Origin: Malacoraja senta
Lineage: Eukaryota
NCBI GenBank assembly: GCA_038087875.1
Contig: CM075995.1
Coordinates: 8,496,001 to 8,560,000, forward strand
Direction: 5' to 3'
Length of the DNA stretch: 64,000 bases
Part shown: piece by piece, positions 61,313 through 64,000 of the stretch
How positions within the stretch are numbered: position 1 is the first letter of the stretch
Layout: each line of letters starts with the position of its first letter
Translations under genes and position numbers: made by a program
Notes under the pieces: model-generated
What the model saw: the letters and a program-made list of their open reading frames with translations, nothing else
Databases searched by the model: none
What the model was told of the DNA's origin: nothing

Positions 61313-62504
61313 GTAAGTTTGAAGGACGTTTTCTTCTGCCAAGTTTGTGTTTAGTTGAAAGACTCAGCGTGGAAACAGGAGCTCCACTTTCCACCCACAC
61401 TCCAAAGACGTACAGGTTTGAATGAATGAATGAGTCTATTGGCCAAGTATTCACATACACGGAATTTGCCTTGGTGCTCCGCCCACGTGACAACACGACA
61501 TACAGTGGCAGCTGGGAATGACAAATAAGACATTAAACATTAATAATAAAACATTATCGATTAAACATGTGAATTAAATAAAATACCAGATCAAAAGGAG
61601 GCTACAGATTTTTGGCTGTTGTGTAGAGCTACTACTCGTGGGAAAAAAAGCTGTTTTTATGTCTGGCTGTGGCAGCTTTGACAGTCCGGAGTCGCCTTCC
61701 AGAGGGAAGTGATTCAAAGAGTTTGTGGCCAGGGTGAGAGGTTTGTAGGTTAATTGGCCCGCTGTAAAATTGCCCCCAGTGTGTCGGGAAAGTGGAATTA
61801 ACATAGAAACATAGAAACATAGAAACATAGAAATTAGGTGCAGGAGTAGGCCATTCGGCCCTTCGAGCCTGCACCGCCATTCAATATGATCATGGCTGAT
61901 CATTCAACTCAGTATCCCGTACCTGCCTTCTCTCCATACCCTCTGATCCCTTTAGCCACAAGGGCCACATCTAGCTCCCTCTTAAATATAGCCAATGAAC
62001 TGGCCTCGACTACCCTCTGTGGCAGAGAGTTCCAGAGATTCACCACTCTCTGTGTGAAAAAAGTTCTTCTCATCTCGGTTTTAAAGGATTTCCCCCTTAT
62101 CCTTAAGCTGTGACCCCTTGTCCTGGACTTCCCCAACATCGGGAGCAATCTTCCTGCATCTAGCCTGTCCAACCCCTTAAGAATTTTGTAAGTTTCTATA
62201 AGATCCCCTCTCAATCTCCTAAATTCTAGAGAGTATAAACCAAGTCTATCCAGTCTTTCTTCATAAGACAGTCCTGACATCCCAGGAATCAGTCTGGTGA
62301 ACCTTCTCTGAACTCCCTCTATGGCAATAATGTCCTTCCTCAGATTTGGACTTTAGACATTCGAGATGCAGCGCGATTACAGGCCCTTGTCAGTTTAGTT
62401 TATTGTCACGTGTAGCGGGGTACAGTGAGAAGCTGTTGTGGCGTGCTAACCAGACTGTGGCGCAAGCTGCCTGACAACGCTTGCAGTGCCAGAGACCCGG
62501 GCGC

Positions 62505-63190
62505 GATCAATCTTCTTCAGACTGAGAGTCAGGGGAAAGGGGAGGGAGAGATCGAGGCGGTACTTAAGAGAAACCAGTGGAAGACATGCAGAGAGCAACG
62601 ATAATCAAGGAAATGTGGAGCCCACAATGCTCCATTGTTGGCTGTGGGACAGGTGATAACGAGTAGATGCAGATAGTGGAACTCAACCGGTCGACAGTGA
62701 AACTAGTACGGCGACTGGGGTGGGGGAGGGACGGAGAGAGAGGGGCAGCAAGGGTTGCTTGAAGTTAGAGAAGTCAATGTTCGTACCGCTGGGGTGTAAA
62801 CCGCCCGAGCGAAATATGGGAGACAAAATTGCTGGAGAAACTCAGCGGGCGAGGCGGCATCTATGGAACGGAGGAAATAGGCGACGTTTCGGGTCGAGAC
62901 CCTTATGGAGCGAAGGAAATAGGCGATGTTTCGAGTCGAGACCCTTCTTCGAAGGGTCTCGCCCCGAAACGTCGCCTATTTCCTTTGCTCCATAGACGCC
63001 GCCTCACCCGCTGAGTTTCTCCAGCATTTTTGTCACGTTCGATTTTCCAGCATCTGCCGTTCCTTCTTAAACAAGCGAAATAAGAGGTGCTGTTCCTCCA
63101 TTTTGCGCTGGGCCTCAATCTGACAGCGGAGGAGGCCCTGGACAGAGAGGTCGGAGTGGGAATGGGAGGGGGAGTTAAAAGTGTTTGGCA
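62505..63190 (-). mobile_element. Penelope-like 3' fragment with a nested inverted pLTR
   Basis: FNSPSHSHSDLSVQGLL..RKMEEQHL (GIY-YIG C-terminus), interrupted by a palindromic pLTR at about 62820-63070. Confidence 0.8.
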
Positions 63191-63494
63191 ACTGGGACGA
63201 AAGATAGATCAGCCACGCTTGAATGGCGGAGTAGACTTGATGGGCCGAATGGCCTAATACTGCTCCTGCAGCTTGTGAATGATGAACTGAACTAGCGGTC
63301 ATTTCCGTTGTGTGCTTTCACTTGTTCACAAGCTGCAGGGGTAGAATCAGGCCATTCGGCCCATCGGGTCTACTCCACCATTCAATCACGGCTGATCTCT
63401 GCCTCCTAATCCCATTTTCCTGCCTTCTCCCCATAACCCTTGACGCCCGTTTTAATCAAGAATTTGTCTTTCTCTGCCTGAAAAATATCGCTCG

Positions 63495-63775
63495 TAGAGT
63501 TGCTGCCTTACAGCGAATGCCGCGCCGGAAACCCGGGTTCGATCCCGACTACGGGTGCTGTCTGTACGGAGTTTGTACGTTCTCCCCGTGACCTGCGTGG
63601 GTTTTCTCCAGGATCTCCAGTTTCCTCCCACACTCCAAAGACGTGCAGGATTGCAGGTTAATTGGCTCGGTGTAAATGTAAAAATTGTCCCTAGAGAGTG
63701 TAGGATAGTGTTAGTGTGCGGGGATCGCTGGTCAACACGGACCCGGTGGGCCGAAGGGCCTGTATCTCTAAACTA
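63495..63775 (+). mobile_element. HE1-type V-SINE
   Basis: Same tripartite structure. Further copies at about 5000-5250 (-), 8405-8620 (+), 17545-17925 (+) and 48050-48340 (-). Confidence 0.85.
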
Positions 63776-63814
63776 AACATCCACTGAGGTGTGTGTGTGT
63801 GTTTTGTTCCACAG

Positions 63815-64000
63815 TGCTGAAGGACAAGGGTTACACCAGCCTCCAGGAGGAGGCCATCAAGCTCTTCAACGCCCTGCAGCAGATGGAGTCGGTGGCCGAC
63901 CCCGTGCCCATTGTCCAGGGCGTGCTACAGACGGGCCAGGACCTGCGGCCGCTGCGCGACGAGCTGTACTGCCAGCTGATCAAACAGACGGCCAAGGCCC
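63815..64000 (+). CDS. MYO10: Myosin-X exon, MyTH4 domain (runs off the window)
   Basis: (L)LKDKGYTSLQEEAIKLFNALQQMESVADPVPIVQGVLQTGQDLRPLRDELYCQLIKQTAKA. ACAG acceptor; phase 1 start fits the previous exon. Confidence 0.93.

Larger units (their letters stand above)
57027..62350. mobile_element. Dense CR1/SINE clusters within MYO10 introns
   Basis: Multiple 3' fragments in both orientations, e.g. 58000-58480 -, 58750-59550 -, 60310-60775 -, 61800-62350 -. Confidence 0.85.

Overview
Repeat-saturated vertebrate genomic DNA. The repeat content (HER1/CR1-type LINEs, HE1-type V-SINEs, Rex1/Babar, Penelope) points to a cartilaginous fish, probably a skate or ray; this is an inference. Two 200-N gaps (19708-19907, 50997-51196) split the window into three contigs. 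Host genes: the first three coding exons of DNAJC13/RME-8 (ATG exon on + at 21955-22035; the next two on - at 17255-17329 and 9671-9820) and four consecutive + strand exons of a MYO10-type myosin (PH3 to MyTH4, 55654-64000). The rest is mostly TE debris, including a 4.6-kb L1 with a target-site duplication, Harbinger-type MITEs and microsatellites. Highlights: (1) a ~135-bp retroposon in two copies whose 5' 54 nt fold into a minimal HDV/CPEB3-type ribozyme; (2) many Penelope-derived minimal hammerhead motifs and a 66-bp satellite built from them; (3) the DNAJC13 start exon is inverted relative to its downstream exons and sits between inverted 66-bp arrays; (4) two LTR+tRNA-Leu primer-copy fragments, one of which read through the A58 position of the tRNA. 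Protein identifications rest on recalled sequences, RNA folds were done by eye, and repeat boundaries are approximate.
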